Shown here piece after piece: positions 20,301 through 30,001 of a DNA stretch of 64,000 nucleotides. The stretch is from NCBI GenBank assembly GCA_963819815.1, contig CAWFXL010000001.1, positions 320,001-384,000 on the forward strand, written 5' to 3'. The notes beneath the pieces were generated by a model that had not been told where the DNA came from, made no database searches, and saw only the letters and a list, made by a program, of their open reading frames with translations. This stretch comes from an uncultured bacterium. Its GTDB lineage: Bacteria; Babelota; Babeliae; Babelales; Babelaceae. The position numbers and the translations under genes are program-made. How positions within the stretch are numbered: position 1 is the first letter of the stretch; each line of letters starts with the position of its first letter.

Positions 20301-21402
20301 TTTTAAGGCAGCAGCCCTTTGCCGCCATGGTGAGCTCTACTATTATGGCCTTGGCGTAAAGCGCTCCCAACGGTGGATATTGGACTTAGATACAAAGAAA
20401 CCCGCCGGTAGTACAGGTCCTGAAATCTTCTTTTTACTGCGAGATGATGATGCAGAAGGGAGCAAAGCAGAACTTAGTGAGGTACTTAAGCTTATATGTA
20501 AAGATATGGCTAAAAAAGATGCTCTCTACTCGCTCCTGCAAGGTAGAATACTGTTAGCAACTGCTACTAGTGAGGCACATTATAAAGAGGTGGCCAAGCT
20601 CTTTACAAAAGCTGCTGATTCTGAAGATTTCTTTCTCAAGGCTGAAGCGTACTATAGGCTTGGATTACTCAACGAGCGTCATTTGAAATCAGCTGCAAAA
20701 GCTCAGGGATATCTAGAAAAGGCAGCCACACAAGACGATAATCTCTGGATTAAGGCTCTGGCGGAACTCCAACTTGGACATAGGTGCAGAGATAGGAAGA
20801 ATAAAGAAGGTACTGCACAAGCCAAAGTGCATTATAAAAAGGTAATGACTCAAGAGCACCATATGATTGCGAAAGCTGAAGCTGAGTTCCAATACAATCT
20901 ACTGCCTAAGGAAGATGATGCTCAAGACCTTGCAAACTTAGCCGTTGATTCCTGTTTTAATCTTGCCATGCAGTACTATAATGGAACTGATCCAAGTGTC
21001 CCTATAAACCTTCAGCGTGCATATACTTACTTTCAACGCGTCGCTCAAGAAAGTACGGTAGGTGCACAGCTCGATGAGTCATGGTTTCGTCTAGCACTTA
21101 TGGCAAAGAAAGGTGGCTCCGGTCTAAAAAGAAATACCAAATTTGCCATGGCCTGTTGTGAGCAGCTGAGACAGAGAGGACACGATGGAAAATATAGACA
21201 TAGAGCGCTTCTTATGCTGAGTGTTCAGGCATTACGTGATAAAGAAATCGCCCACGCAAAAGAGCTCATCGCCGAGGCCATAAAGCTTGATCATGATCCA
21301 GAATGTCAAAGAGAGGCTAGGATGCTGCGAGATGAAAAGCTCTCAACACTCGAGAAAAAAGAAGGCCAGGAAAGTGGATCTGAGGGTAACGATTCAGAGT
21401 AG
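17350..21402 (+). CDS. Large exported protein: Skp1/BTB-like N-domain, beta-propeller-like region, Ser-rich linker, Sel1-like repeats
   Basis: Signal peptide, HCLSSD..LELD..QESGFI..IQLPL, WD-like strands (VVWDI, CNWDC, MSPDG..HIW), and Sel1 motifs (HGELYYYGLGVKRS, LAMQYYNG). GGAG RBS before 17350. Confidence 0.8.
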   Translation: MSFKYYLTFCLIFQMPIFAASVSVKSAPLEAVGIIHCLSSDSKKQRLELDATWLQESGFIQRAYSENNGGRTKEAAIQLPLKFQEMEKIIRLCMRSQGGAQVKIEMMDLAGSNNDAEDDLVELVKTIEKLLKFWKSVKAMEMRKLEPILRDSIFDLLKRDLILTSFLQDPRFLEALPKGIKELSFQLSKEDQQFLRTQLRMVIKSKKTPQCIDVSGNYAVTCGTQKNRATFVVWDIKKCIEERRVETQYPVHTVQFYNGNKIIAWSEKTIELYDLLGSTNCTPLPLQNLLEGINKVTSVAYGAKQNKLAIAADEKIFMVDLTAPYHYKTLKAPTSEKTDKKEKSKKRADSVVLFADEDRSVVEVRLSGELTFYRLDSDTAIEKNLEDVISYFYVNGSNLVTIVSKSKACNWDCRDGSPLGEGREDQVFVPRGQLVEVTKDKTMIFCDISGKEFMKTYEFLTGNRMKNAIQVKNGLSTVIPDSSLGEVTSFYMSPDGAFFIGISKKGFHIWPYNSESIMEFLSSEMSLDVWLCMQLLINQLRSGKMSLKDTAFLQQPHIVDIIKDLSLDLLTPLLNLFPGFRKAVGSEYNSFVDEVSYEASEDVDYIPAAASANRVQATSADSPLGQPRSFDRRNSLKRTALSGEEASSRVGATSSGSPQTQPRKSSLRQAAHVGEGLSSQNGKAAVTSSDSPATQSRGLSRPSSLKQINQAGQKTATSDGDDPLVSHDASAKTDKGVEVTSKDNSFDKPKRYSSQQSSPRPLSDSNGGSSAVSTSKGSLATSSSTESRLRNSPVVAARLHAVQVAAVKAGWKGSSSSTNVGATSSTIQTTSLSTEIASTSKEPIVKNDVPKRTASTPPISTNVLTASSSLAVPATEKTPKDPSVPSMFGTLSKSTSALQRSSSSISPQDTSELFQAIESGLALHRERNDQDAEESLLTKASKVQNALSAYLLGELCVRGYCGIFDPAAAVKHFERAMQSNINPNFKAAALCRHGELYYYGLGVKRSQRWILDLDTKKPAGSTGPEIFFLLRDDDAEGSKAELSEVLKLICKDMAKKDALYSLLQGRILLATATSEAHYKEVAKLFTKAADSEDFFLKAEAYYRLGLLNERHLKSAAKAQGYLEKAATQDDNLWIKALAELQLGHRCRDRKNKEGTAQAKVHYKKVMTQEHHMIAKAEAEFQYNLLPKEDDAQDLANLAVDSCFNLAMQYYNGTDPSVPINLQRAYTYFQRVAQESTVGAQLDESWFRLALMAKKGGSGLKRNTKFAMACCEQLRQRGHDGKYRHRALLMLSVQALRDKEIAHAKELIAEAIKLDHDPECQREARMLRDEKLSTLEKKEGQESGSEGNDSE

Positions 21403-21435
21403 TTGTAGAAACATCTCTCATCATATTCAAAGTTT

Positions 21436-22215
21436 TTATGAGAACATAGATGCACGTGCTAAGCTATGATGAGAATCCCATTTTTTTTTCGAAATTCCGC
21501 CCAGGATGAGGTACATGCTACACCAAAAAAGAACTGAGAGAAGCGGCAAAGGCTGCATCAGGAGTAATGTAGGCAAGGTATAATTTACCAAATTTGAAGC
21601 TGCATGAAGAAGAAGGGTGAGCTCTATTCTTTGTGATTTGTACACAATGATACCTAACATGAAGCTGAACTGAAAATGTCCATTAACTAAGAGCGCATAG
21701 AGGGTTGGTGCTGGATTTTGAAAGCCTGCATGCATCAAAGTAAATGCGAGTGAGCTCACTAAATTGAAAATAATAAATCCCACCGAAGACAAAGAGTATT
21801 TAGCAAGGATAGATCGAGCAGCAAGCTCTTCTACACAGGCTGATGCACAGACGCCAAAAACCAAGCTATGTACTATAGGTGAAAAGTTCACCCCAAAAAA
21901 TCGTGAAGCTATGAAGTAAGCAGTGAGGATACAAAGGGTACCTGCTATGAGATATATCCAGCGTGGTATTGTTATCGGAATATCAAAAAGAAAGGGGTGC
22001 GTCTTTAAGGAACGCGCCATTAACGGCCTATAAAAATACCCTGCTGTGAGAGCAATAGCATAAGCATAGAGAGGAGCCTGCCGAAGGATATTCTTCCCCG
22101 GCCCAAATGAAAAGAACCAGATACATGCGCCCCAGAGCAGCTGAGCCATAGCCCAGAATACTATTTCTATATAGTCCTTTTTAGAACGAGCAGTTAGTGC
22201 CGTATTATTTTTCAT
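21436..22215 (-). CDS. CPBP (CAAX prenyl protease/Abi) family intramembrane metalloprotease
   Basis: EELAAR, FTLMH and HAASN motifs in a multi-TM protein. GGAGG RBS before ATG 22215. Confidence 0.85.
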   Translation of the reverse strand: MKNNTALTARSKKDYIEIVFWAMAQLLWGACIWFFSFGPGKNILRQAPLYAYAIALTAGYFYRPLMARSLKTHPFLFDIPITIPRWIYLIAGTLCILTAYFIASRFFGVNFSPIVHSLVFGVCASACVEELAARSILAKYSLSSVGFIIFNLVSSLAFTLMHAGFQNPAPTLYALLVNGHFQFSFMLGIIVYKSQRIELTLLLHAASNLVNYTLPTLLLMQPLPLLSVLFWCSMYLILGGISKKKWDSHHSLARASMFS

Positions 22216-22435
22216 TGCCACCTCCATCAAGACTACTCCAATCCTTAATCACTTCAAGACGGTCTGGATCTTGGCTTGCAAGCTCATATTCTCTACGCAA
22301 ATCCTTTATCTTCTGATCGAGTGCACTGTGTAAGGCTTGAGCAGCAAAAGCACTTAGCTTCCTTTTTCCAATGAGTCCATTCATAAGATCGACTGTCTCT
22401 TTAGGAAGAGATATGGTAACTTTTGCTTTCCTCAT
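22205..22435 (-). CDS. Small ribbon-helix-helix / antitoxin-like protein
   Basis: KVTISLP beta-strand, helical core, acidic tail (REYELASQD..IKDWSSLDG) typical of type II antitoxins. Overlaps the downstream gene. Confidence 0.65.
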   Translation of the reverse strand: MRKAKVTISLPKETVDLMNGLIGKRKLSAFAAQALHSALDQKIKDLRREYELASQDPDRLEVIKDWSSLDGGGNEK

Positions 22436-22714
22436 TCAGATAATCCTTTATCAAGGTTGATACTCTATGCTTTTACACGGTATTATGCTCCAGAAAAGAT
22501 AAAACCTCAAGCAAAAACCCTAGTTCATTCTGGTGTTTAAACGATAGTAAGGGTTGTTTGAGAAGCTAACAATAGCCAATTGTCACACTGGTTCTTCAAA
22601 CAACTGCTAACTGTTCATGTATGTCTAACCTTCGGGGGAGCTTTTGCGGTTATATTGGGTTCATATACATTTAATACATGACAAATAGGTAAACCAATAA
22701 CTCGGAGAAATATC

Positions 22715-23599
22715 ATGACGAGTACAACAGTACTACTGCCTATTCTTGCAGCACTTACGGTCGCACAGGAAAAATTCTTAGGATTCAAAGAGACGTGGCA
22801 GCCGACCAATAATGCGCAAACGCTCTTTTTAGAACGGTATTACGCTAAAGCAGATGAGCTTAAAAAGCTATCTCATGAGGAAATGCGTTCTTGTGCCTCC
22901 AAAGATATAGAGGTTGTTAACAAATTTTTGAGCGATAATGGTTTTACGATTCAGCTTGAACAAGCAAAAGGAGATTGCTTTGCAGTGGCATCCATCCTTG
23001 ATATTTTGTGTAAGTGGACAGTAAAAGGGCAGAAAGACTTTATTACTTTTGATAATGCAGGCAACTCAACAAAGAAAACCTACCCAGCTGTTCGCATGAA
23101 AGAAGGATATACCATCAGACAAACCGAAACAGATAATCCTCTACTTGTGATCGACACGGAAAATGGTGATAAAGTCTTTATGACGATCGCTGAAAAGCCG
23201 CTAGAAGGCTTTGAGCTTGTAGAAAGGGTACAGGAGCTCTCATCGACTTCCAATGAAGATATTACCTGTAGATTTGAGGACGTGCTTTTCCCGATGGTTG
23301 ATATCGATCAGAAAGGCTCTATTGACTGGCTCATTGGATTGAGGTTTGCACCAGACTGGTTTATTTCACAAGCACTTCAACAAACTCGTTTTCAGATGAA
23401 TGAAGAGGGTGCAGCTGCACAAAGCGCTGTGGCTATATCGATTGAAAAATGCATAAACCGACATAGGCCTCCGACGCTTCGGATAGATAAACCATTCTAT
23501 GTATGGATTGAACGACCAGGTATGACATTACCATTATTTGCTGCATATGTAGATTTTGCCGATTGGAAGGAGCCAGCACGTCTAGGCTGTTCAAAATAA
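22715..23599 (+). CDS. Short serpin-like protein
   Basis: C-terminal serpin hallmarks: FISQALQQTRFQMNEEGAAAQSA (hinge), LRIDKPF, PLFAAYV. GGAG RBS. Confidence 0.7.
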   Translation: MTSTTVLLPILAALTVAQEKFLGFKETWQPTNNAQTLFLERYYAKADELKKLSHEEMRSCASKDIEVVNKFLSDNGFTIQLEQAKGDCFAVASILDILCKWTVKGQKDFITFDNAGNSTKKTYPAVRMKEGYTIRQTETDNPLLVIDTENGDKVFMTIAEKPLEGFELVERVQELSSTSNEDITCRFEDVLFPMVDIDQKGSIDWLIGLRFAPDWFISQALQQTRFQMNEEGAAAQSAVAISIEKCINRHRPPTLRIDKPFYVWIERPGMTLPLFAAYVDFADWKEPARLGCSK

Positions 23600-23742
23600 C
23601 TAAAGCCTCACTGTAGCTGTTTGTACGCAACTATATATAATACAGATGCTGTCGCCGTGAGTATGCCCACAATGGTCCTAGAGGTGCTCGTATCTGCAGC
23701 ACAGAAGCCCTGTAAGGTTTATGCAGAAAAAGAATAAACAAA

Positions 23743-23772
23743 TTGACAGGCTGTATTGATTTGTGGTATAAT
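23743..23772 (+). promoter_or_regulatory. Sigma70-type promoter upstream of the NADAR gene
   Basis: TTGACA-18 nt-TATAAT with an extended TG. Confidence 0.7.
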
Positions 23773-23852
23773 GGCTCTATAAACAGTATAATGTTGGAAA
23801 ATTACGAAATCTCCAACAAACTATGTAACCACTACTAAGAAAGTGATAAATC

Positions 23853-24755
23853 ATGAAAAAACAGTTTACAGCCCTGTATGGCATTGCAATGATTCTGGGA
23901 ATCTTTGGATACACTGTATCTACAAGCGCAGCGAGTTCAAGTATGTCAGCCTCGGCAACGTCTGCAACTCGCCCTACGATTAAAAATACCTGGTTTGACC
24001 AGAGGATAAAAAATCGAGGATTCATATATTTTTATGAAAAACCCGATCCTTCTTTGTCAAATCAGGAAAAGAAAGAATATTATTATGAATTTACTAATTT
24101 TTTTGAGGCACCTATAACAATCGATAAAGACGGCCAAGGCAATGATCTTGTCTGGCCGACTACAGAACAATACTACCAAGCAGGAAAGTTTGATGTAGGA
24201 ACCCCTAAGAATCCCAACGTGGTGGGCAGGGCGATCAGAGGATTAATTAGAGAAGGACAAAGCAAAAACCCTCTCTTTAAAGGAGTTGTGAAGGGTTCAG
24301 GAAAAGACTGGGGTGCTTGGGCTTTTTATGTAGGGAATGAGTCCCAATTGCAGGAAAAAAGACCTGATCTCAATCTCGGAGCATACAGGAAACCTGCTTC
24401 AGTATGGACCAAACCGGACTCACATACGCAAGGTATGCCAACGAATATGTTTAGAATGCTGACGGCGCTGCGTGCAAAATTTAGGCAGAATCCCGCGCTT
24501 GGGAAGATGCTTCTTGCAACCTATCCAAAAGTGCTTGTTGAAGATTCACCAAAAGATGGAACTTTTGGGGCAAGCGATCCAGCGAAGGGTGTTGCACCAG
24601 GAAAAGGCCAAAACTTATTAGGACGCATGCTCATGCATGTCAGAAAAGAACTCTTCCTAGAGTTTGTACAGAAAGATCCAAATTTTGAAAGACCTTTTGA
24701 TGTGGATAAGAGTTTCAGTTTAGACTATCTTTTAGACCCAACTCATAAGATCTAA
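23853..24755 (+). CDS. NADAR (YbiA-like) family protein with N-terminal signal/TM segment
   Basis: FTNFF..WPTTEQYYQAGKF, MLTALRAKFRQNPALGKMLLAT..LVEDSPKD and GQNLLGRMLMHVR motifs. Confidence 0.88.
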   Translation: MKKQFTALYGIAMILGIFGYTVSTSAASSSMSASATSATRPTIKNTWFDQRIKNRGFIYFYEKPDPSLSNQEKKEYYYEFTNFFEAPITIDKDGQGNDLVWPTTEQYYQAGKFDVGTPKNPNVVGRAIRGLIREGQSKNPLFKGVVKGSGKDWGAWAFYVGNESQLQEKRPDLNLGAYRKPASVWTKPDSHTQGMPTNMFRMLTALRAKFRQNPALGKMLLATYPKVLVEDSPKDGTFGASDPAKGVAPGKGQNLLGRMLMHVRKELFLEFVQKDPNFERPFDVDKSFSLDYLLDPTHKI

Positions 24756-25038
24756 ATCGCACATAGTTAAAATAGGGCTCTTGGTAGAAAATTACCGAGA
24801 GCCCGCTTCTTTTTAGGACCTCATAATACAATGGCATCTTCAGAACGCTCTCATAGACTATCGCAAGAGACGCATGAAGGGCCATTTGTTGCTCCAAAAT
24901 GGCAACACCTTTTTTTTGCTATACTGTGTACGTGGTATACCTCTAAAAATGAGAGGATGCTTTTGCAATGTTAAACTACAGTCAACAAGTCGAAATTGGC
25001 ATGACTTTTTAACCCCTGAAACCCACCAGTGAGCAGGC

Positions 25039-25668
25039 ATGGCAAAACTATTCTTAAGTGCCCTTGTAGTATGTTTCGCTACATGCAAGCCTATGGATAA
25101 ACGCTTACATGCAGATGCTCAGGCATTAGATATAAAAGTTAAACTCGAAGAGCTACCTATTGAACCGGAATGGAAAACCGAGCATAATTTGGCGGAATCG
25201 TTGAGCGAGTTACAACGAATATGTACTCTTTTTCAACAAAGATTCGAGATCATAACCTATGGTTATACAGTAGCCGAAGAGAAAAGTCCTGAAATATATC
25301 TAACATTGTATATTGTGTGTTTTAATGAGATAAAGCTACTATGGGATACATTACAAAAGATGCATAACAAAAAGGCTACTCGAATACTCGGCGGTGCTAA
25401 AGAAACTCGTGCATTTCTTGAAAATCTGGTTTCACTTTTTGAGCAACTCCATAAACTGCTGATTTTGATACGCACTAAATTGACGCACACAAAAGCAACT
25501 TCCCTAGCTGAATATGTATTCATATCGAAAACCCATGAACGCTTTATGCAACGAGCAATGTACAAATTTGCTCCAGAGTGGTCCTTAGCAATTGTTTTCA
25601 ATCGTATGAGAAGGTTTGAGGCAAAAAGTTTCAGGTCACGCAATACTCAGATAGGAGCCGCAGAGTAG
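25039..25668 (+). CDS. Hypothetical exported helical protein
   Basis: 209-aa ORF with a signal-peptide-like N-terminus. Confidence 0.6.
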   Translation: MAKLFLSALVVCFATCKPMDKRLHADAQALDIKVKLEELPIEPEWKTEHNLAESLSELQRICTLFQQRFEIITYGYTVAEEKSPEIYLTLYIVCFNEIKLLWDTLQKMHNKKATRILGGAKETRAFLENLVSLFEQLHKLLILIRTKLTHTKATSLAEYVFISKTHERFMQRAMYKFAPEWSLAIVFNRMRRFEAKSFRSRNTQIGAAE

Positions 25669-25933
25669 GTTCTAGTCCCTATGCCTCTATTTTCTTTTGA
25701 TTGATCAAGGCTCATCCTTCAAAGCAACTCACTAGTGATACAACACGAACTATGACGCAAGGTGAATCTTTATCGGGCGCATTCAATTTGTCTACTCTGC
25801 TTTCTACATCTTGATACAAAAACGGTTCCCGATTGCATGAAAAGCTAACTATACAAAAGAGTTTAATTGTGGCTTACTAATAGCCGTAAGCAAAACATAT
25901 GAAGCATAAAGTTAAAATAAACGAGATAGATGT

Positions 25934-28900
25934 ATGAACATCATTATTCTTTTTCTCTGTTTGTTTTGTGCCATTCCTCTGCAAGTGATGAATGCAGCTT
26001 GCCTATCTAGTTCCACAGCAGAAAAAAGTAGTTCCCCAAAAGATCTGCTCAAAACAACATGCCGTACGATCCTGACCAATTTACAGGGTACTCCGGATTC
26101 GCAGGCTCTAGAGACAGCATTTTCGCTCATTAGATCATCTATGCAACAATTGTCTCCTAACTTCGCTATAGCTCTTTTTAATACATGTGGAATATGGTCA
26201 GCTCTTAAACCACTTGCTGATCAAGGAAACTGTGAGGCAAGCTATCTCCTTTGTTGTTTGCTTGAAGATAAACAAAACAATCAAGACAAGCTCCTTTCCT
26301 ACTTACGGATTGCAAGTAAAACTGAGCTTGCGGCCAGCATGTGGCTCCTTTCCCTGGAGAAAGATTCTGCTGCAGTAGTATCTGTTGTAGATTCTTGTAA
26401 ACAGCATGTTCAAAACATGACCACTGATCAGAAGAAAAAAGTCTTAACTGTCTTGGGCAACTTATGCACACAAGAACAACCTGGAACATTTCCTCGTCTC
26501 TTAGAATGGTCACTAAGCACCGACCAATCGGACGATTTAGTAACTGCGCTTGCTCCTTTTATCCAAAACCAGAGGGTTTTTCCTGAAGTGACGCAAGAAC
26601 TTCATCGCATGCATGATGAGCTAACTCCCTATTGTACACGTCACTCAGCCTTTGCCAATAGCCTTCTTGCTTACTTGCGAGTTGCAAGAAACGCTGACCT
26701 TGAAGCCTGTCTATGGCTTCTCTCCCTAGAGAAAGATTCTACTGCAGTAGTATCTGTTATAGATTCTTGTAAACAACGCACACAACAGATGACTCCTGAT
26801 CAGAAGAAGAAAATAGTAACTGTCTTGGGCAACTTATGCACACAAGAACAACCTGGAACATTTCCTCGACTAGTAGAATGGTCTTTAAGCACAGACCAAC
26901 CAGACGAGTTAGGTGCTGTGCTAGCTACCTTCACCAAAAAACAAAGAGCTTCCCATGAAGTGACGCAAGAACTTTATCGTACATACGATGAGCTTACTCC
27001 TTATTGCACACGTCACTCAGCTTTTGCCAATAGCCTCATTGCTTACTTACGCGTTGCAAGCAACACTGAGCTTGTAGCCTGCCTATGGCTCCTTTCCCTG
27101 GAGAAGGATTCTGCTGCACTAGTATCTGTTGTAGATTCTTGTAAACAACGCACACAACAGATGACTCCTGATCAGAAGAAGAAAATAGTAACTGCCTTAT
27201 GTACCTTATGCATACAAGAACATCCAGGAGCATTTCCTCGACTAGTAGAATGGTCTTTAAGCACAGACCAACCAGACGAGTTAGGTGCTGTGCTAGCTAC
27301 CTTCACCAAAAAACAAAGAGCTTCCCATGAAGTGACGCAAGAACTTTATCGTACATACGATGAGCTTACTCCGTATTGCGAACGTCATTCATCCACGGCT
27401 AAAGGCCTCATAGCTTACTTGCGGATTGCAAGTAAAAAGGAGCTTGAAGCTTGCCTATGGCTCCTTACATTGGAGAAAGATGCGGTAGCGGTGGTATCAG
27501 CAATAGATTTTTGTGAAAAGCATGCGGAACAGATGACCGCAGAACAGAGGAGAAAAGTCTTAGCTGCCTTACATACCTTGTGCATGCAAGAGCAACTGGG
27601 AGCATTTCCTCGTCTATTAGAATGGTCTTTGCGAGTACAGCAATCTGATGAGCTTGTTATGATGTTAGCTACCATCATGCAAAAAAATGATGTTCCTCAC
27701 GATGTTATGCAAGCACTTCATCGCATGCATACGAAGCTTATCCAGTTTAGTTTGCGCTACCCAGCTGTTGCCTATTACCTTGGCTGGCTCTATTTTAAAT
27801 ACTCTCGCACTAATCCCAAAACCGCGCGAAAGCTAAATGAGAGGGCGCTCGAATTTTGGAGAGCGGCACATACTCGTGGGTATACGTCCGGTACCTGGAG
27901 ATGTATTACACAAGGCGTACACGATGGCATACGGAACACTCACGACCATGTTGCCCGCTTTAAAGCAGCAGTAGAGAAGACACGAGAGCAGGTGAGTGGC
28001 AAAGAAAATGCAGCTGCGAGTAATCAGAATGGGCGCAACAAACTACACGAGCTTGCTCTTGTGACCGAAGCACGCGCAGGTATAGAAGCATTTGAAAAAA
28101 ACTCACGCACCTCTGAGGAACTGTTTGCAGTAGCAGATGTCTATCTAAAGGGCCTTCCAGGTGTTATCTCCGCAGATGAGCAGCGAGCGGCCTTATGTTT
28201 TAAAAATGGCTACACCCGTTCTTTCCTTGACACCCAAAAAAAGGGGGTCTCTTCGATGGTCGCTGCGTGCGGGATCTCTTTACAAACACTCGAAGGAGTT
28301 ACATCCGCGGATGCTGCCTGCAAACGAAAAGCCCTTATTTCGATGCTACAAGGTTGTAAGGCACGAAGCCTGGAAGCGGTAATTCTCCTAACCCGCATCT
28401 ATGCCTATGGACTGTATGGAATACCACAAGATACTAATGAACTGTTGAATGTCTGCAAGCTCTGGTACGGTCGATCGCCTCACATCGCCGACTTGCATGT
28501 ATTTTTGGCTGAGACGAAACTATACCAATTGCTTGATGACCAAGGTCCTCAAGTGTCACAGCAAGAAGGTACCGTTCTCAAGCCTCATTACCCCGTACAT
28601 TACTTCGTTATAGGCATTCTTCTAGCAACTGCTGAAATTGAACCTTCTTTGCTTGAAGAGCTTAAAAATGCGCTTGTTACGTTAGAAGAAACCTATGATA
28701 AGGATCCAGACTATGGCGAACTACTTCATCTTCTAGGTACCCTTGATTATGCAATACAGCGCATTGGCCACAACCCAGAGCAGGTTGACGTGGCGATGTT
28801 TTTTGCAAGCCTTGCTCTGAAGCATGTGGAAGATAACGGTATTGAGCAAGCAACAGAACTTCAAAGGAAGGGGGCTCGTTCCGCACTTGAAATGCTTTGC

Positions 28901-29854
28901 TCAGTGCTTACTCACCGATGCTTAGTGCACGACGTACCTTTTCTCTCATCTGATAGGTATGGCCAAGAACTCTATAGGTCCTTGAGAAGTATTGTTTTGC
29001 GGAGATCACAAGATTCTGACACAGAATTGCGCACTACCGTATTAAGAACATATGGACTATGTGAGCTCCTTGTAGATGCTGACTATCTATCAACAAGCTT
29101 TCGCCATGGACTTGAAGTACTTGGTCAGTTAGCATTGGAAGGTGACGAGATGAGCAGAACAGTCATAACCCACCTTCATAATAGTTTGGTAACACAGCTT
29201 TCTTTTTCTCCCTTGATGACGCAACCGTTGAAGAAATTGCAATGCTTGTTCTCTCTGATATTAGTCGACCTTCATAATGTCAATAGCCAGCGTGGAGCCA
29301 TCAATTATTTAAGGTTAGTGATGCAATATGTTCGGGAAAGACAGATTGATGAATATGAATCATTTTGTGAGAAGTATGACCCTCTTGAGCTGTTTGCACC
29401 CTATCTAAACATACCTACCGATGAAAATGAATTACTGCCGCTCCAACTGCGTTGTTTTGTGTATCTCGCTTTTCACTATACGTTACTGGTATCTCGGACA
29501 ACTGACAAAGAAAAGGCTAGAGTGATGGAAGGAAAAGCTAAAATACTCTTGCAGCGGGCATCTAACCTAAACGCCTATCTTCTGCACTATCTTCTCGCTC
29601 TTGAATATTTGCAAGGGATAGCGATCGGTAGGAATATAGCAGAGTGTGAACGCCATTTTACTGAAGTGATCAGGATAGCACAAGCCCAATCTACTGTGTT
29701 GAGACCATGTGAAGCTAAATTAGGGGATGATCTGAGGGCCCTCCTTTTACAGAAGATAGCATCCGGTATGGATGGATTGAGTGAACAGTTTATACAGGAA
29801 CTGAATCGTCCTCCAGAAAAAATTGTCGAGAATAGCTCAGGAGATTCTCAGTAA
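25934..29854 (+). CDS. Large exported alpha-helical protein with four 124-aa internal repeats and Sel1-like motifs
   Basis: 1306-aa ORF with signal peptide. Sel1-like segments (LTRIYAYGLYGIPQD, LALEYLQGIAIGRN). Confidence 0.85.
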   Translation: MNIIILFLCLFCAIPLQVMNAACLSSSTAEKSSSPKDLLKTTCRTILTNLQGTPDSQALETAFSLIRSSMQQLSPNFAIALFNTCGIWSALKPLADQGNCEASYLLCCLLEDKQNNQDKLLSYLRIASKTELAASMWLLSLEKDSAAVVSVVDSCKQHVQNMTTDQKKKVLTVLGNLCTQEQPGTFPRLLEWSLSTDQSDDLVTALAPFIQNQRVFPEVTQELHRMHDELTPYCTRHSAFANSLLAYLRVARNADLEACLWLLSLEKDSTAVVSVIDSCKQRTQQMTPDQKKKIVTVLGNLCTQEQPGTFPRLVEWSLSTDQPDELGAVLATFTKKQRASHEVTQELYRTYDELTPYCTRHSAFANSLIAYLRVASNTELVACLWLLSLEKDSAALVSVVDSCKQRTQQMTPDQKKKIVTALCTLCIQEHPGAFPRLVEWSLSTDQPDELGAVLATFTKKQRASHEVTQELYRTYDELTPYCERHSSTAKGLIAYLRIASKKELEACLWLLTLEKDAVAVVSAIDFCEKHAEQMTAEQRRKVLAALHTLCMQEQLGAFPRLLEWSLRVQQSDELVMMLATIMQKNDVPHDVMQALHRMHTKLIQFSLRYPAVAYYLGWLYFKYSRTNPKTARKLNERALEFWRAAHTRGYTSGTWRCITQGVHDGIRNTHDHVARFKAAVEKTREQVSGKENAAASNQNGRNKLHELALVTEARAGIEAFEKNSRTSEELFAVADVYLKGLPGVISADEQRAALCFKNGYTRSFLDTQKKGVSSMVAACGISLQTLEGVTSADAACKRKALISMLQGCKARSLEAVILLTRIYAYGLYGIPQDTNELLNVCKLWYGRSPHIADLHVFLAETKLYQLLDDQGPQVSQQEGTVLKPHYPVHYFVIGILLATAEIEPSLLEELKNALVTLEETYDKDPDYGELLHLLGTLDYAIQRIGHNPEQVDVAMFFASLALKHVEDNGIEQATELQRKGARSALEMLCSVLTHRCLVHDVPFLSSDRYGQELYRSLRSIVLRRSQDSDTELRTTVLRTYGLCELLVDADYLSTSFRHGLEVLGQLALEGDEMSRTVITHLHNSLVTQLSFSPLMTQPLKKLQCLFSLILVDLHNVNSQRGAINYLRLVMQYVRERQIDEYESFCEKYDPLELFAPYLNIPTDENELLPLQLRCFVYLAFHYTLLVSRTTDKEKARVMEGKAKILLQRASNLNAYLLHYLLALEYLQGIAIGRNIAECERHFTEVIRIAQAQSTVLRPCEAKLGDDLRALLLQKIASGMDGLSEQFIQELNRPPEKIVENSSGDSQ
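26290..27780 (+). repeat. Intragenic tandem repeat, 372-bp period, 4 copies
   Basis: The (a/g)tggct anchor of WLL(S/T)LEKD recurs at 26341, 26713, 27085 and 27457. Confidence 0.92.
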
Positions 29855-30001
29855 GCGTAATCAATGTTGTGCACTCGATACCATCATCTCTACGTCATTA
29901 TGCCCTCCAAAAAAGAATATACAGCAGTTTGCCAACTTTGTATTTTGCTGATATGGTACAATAATTGCTATCATTCAGATATTTTAGAAAGGAAGAATGC
30001 T

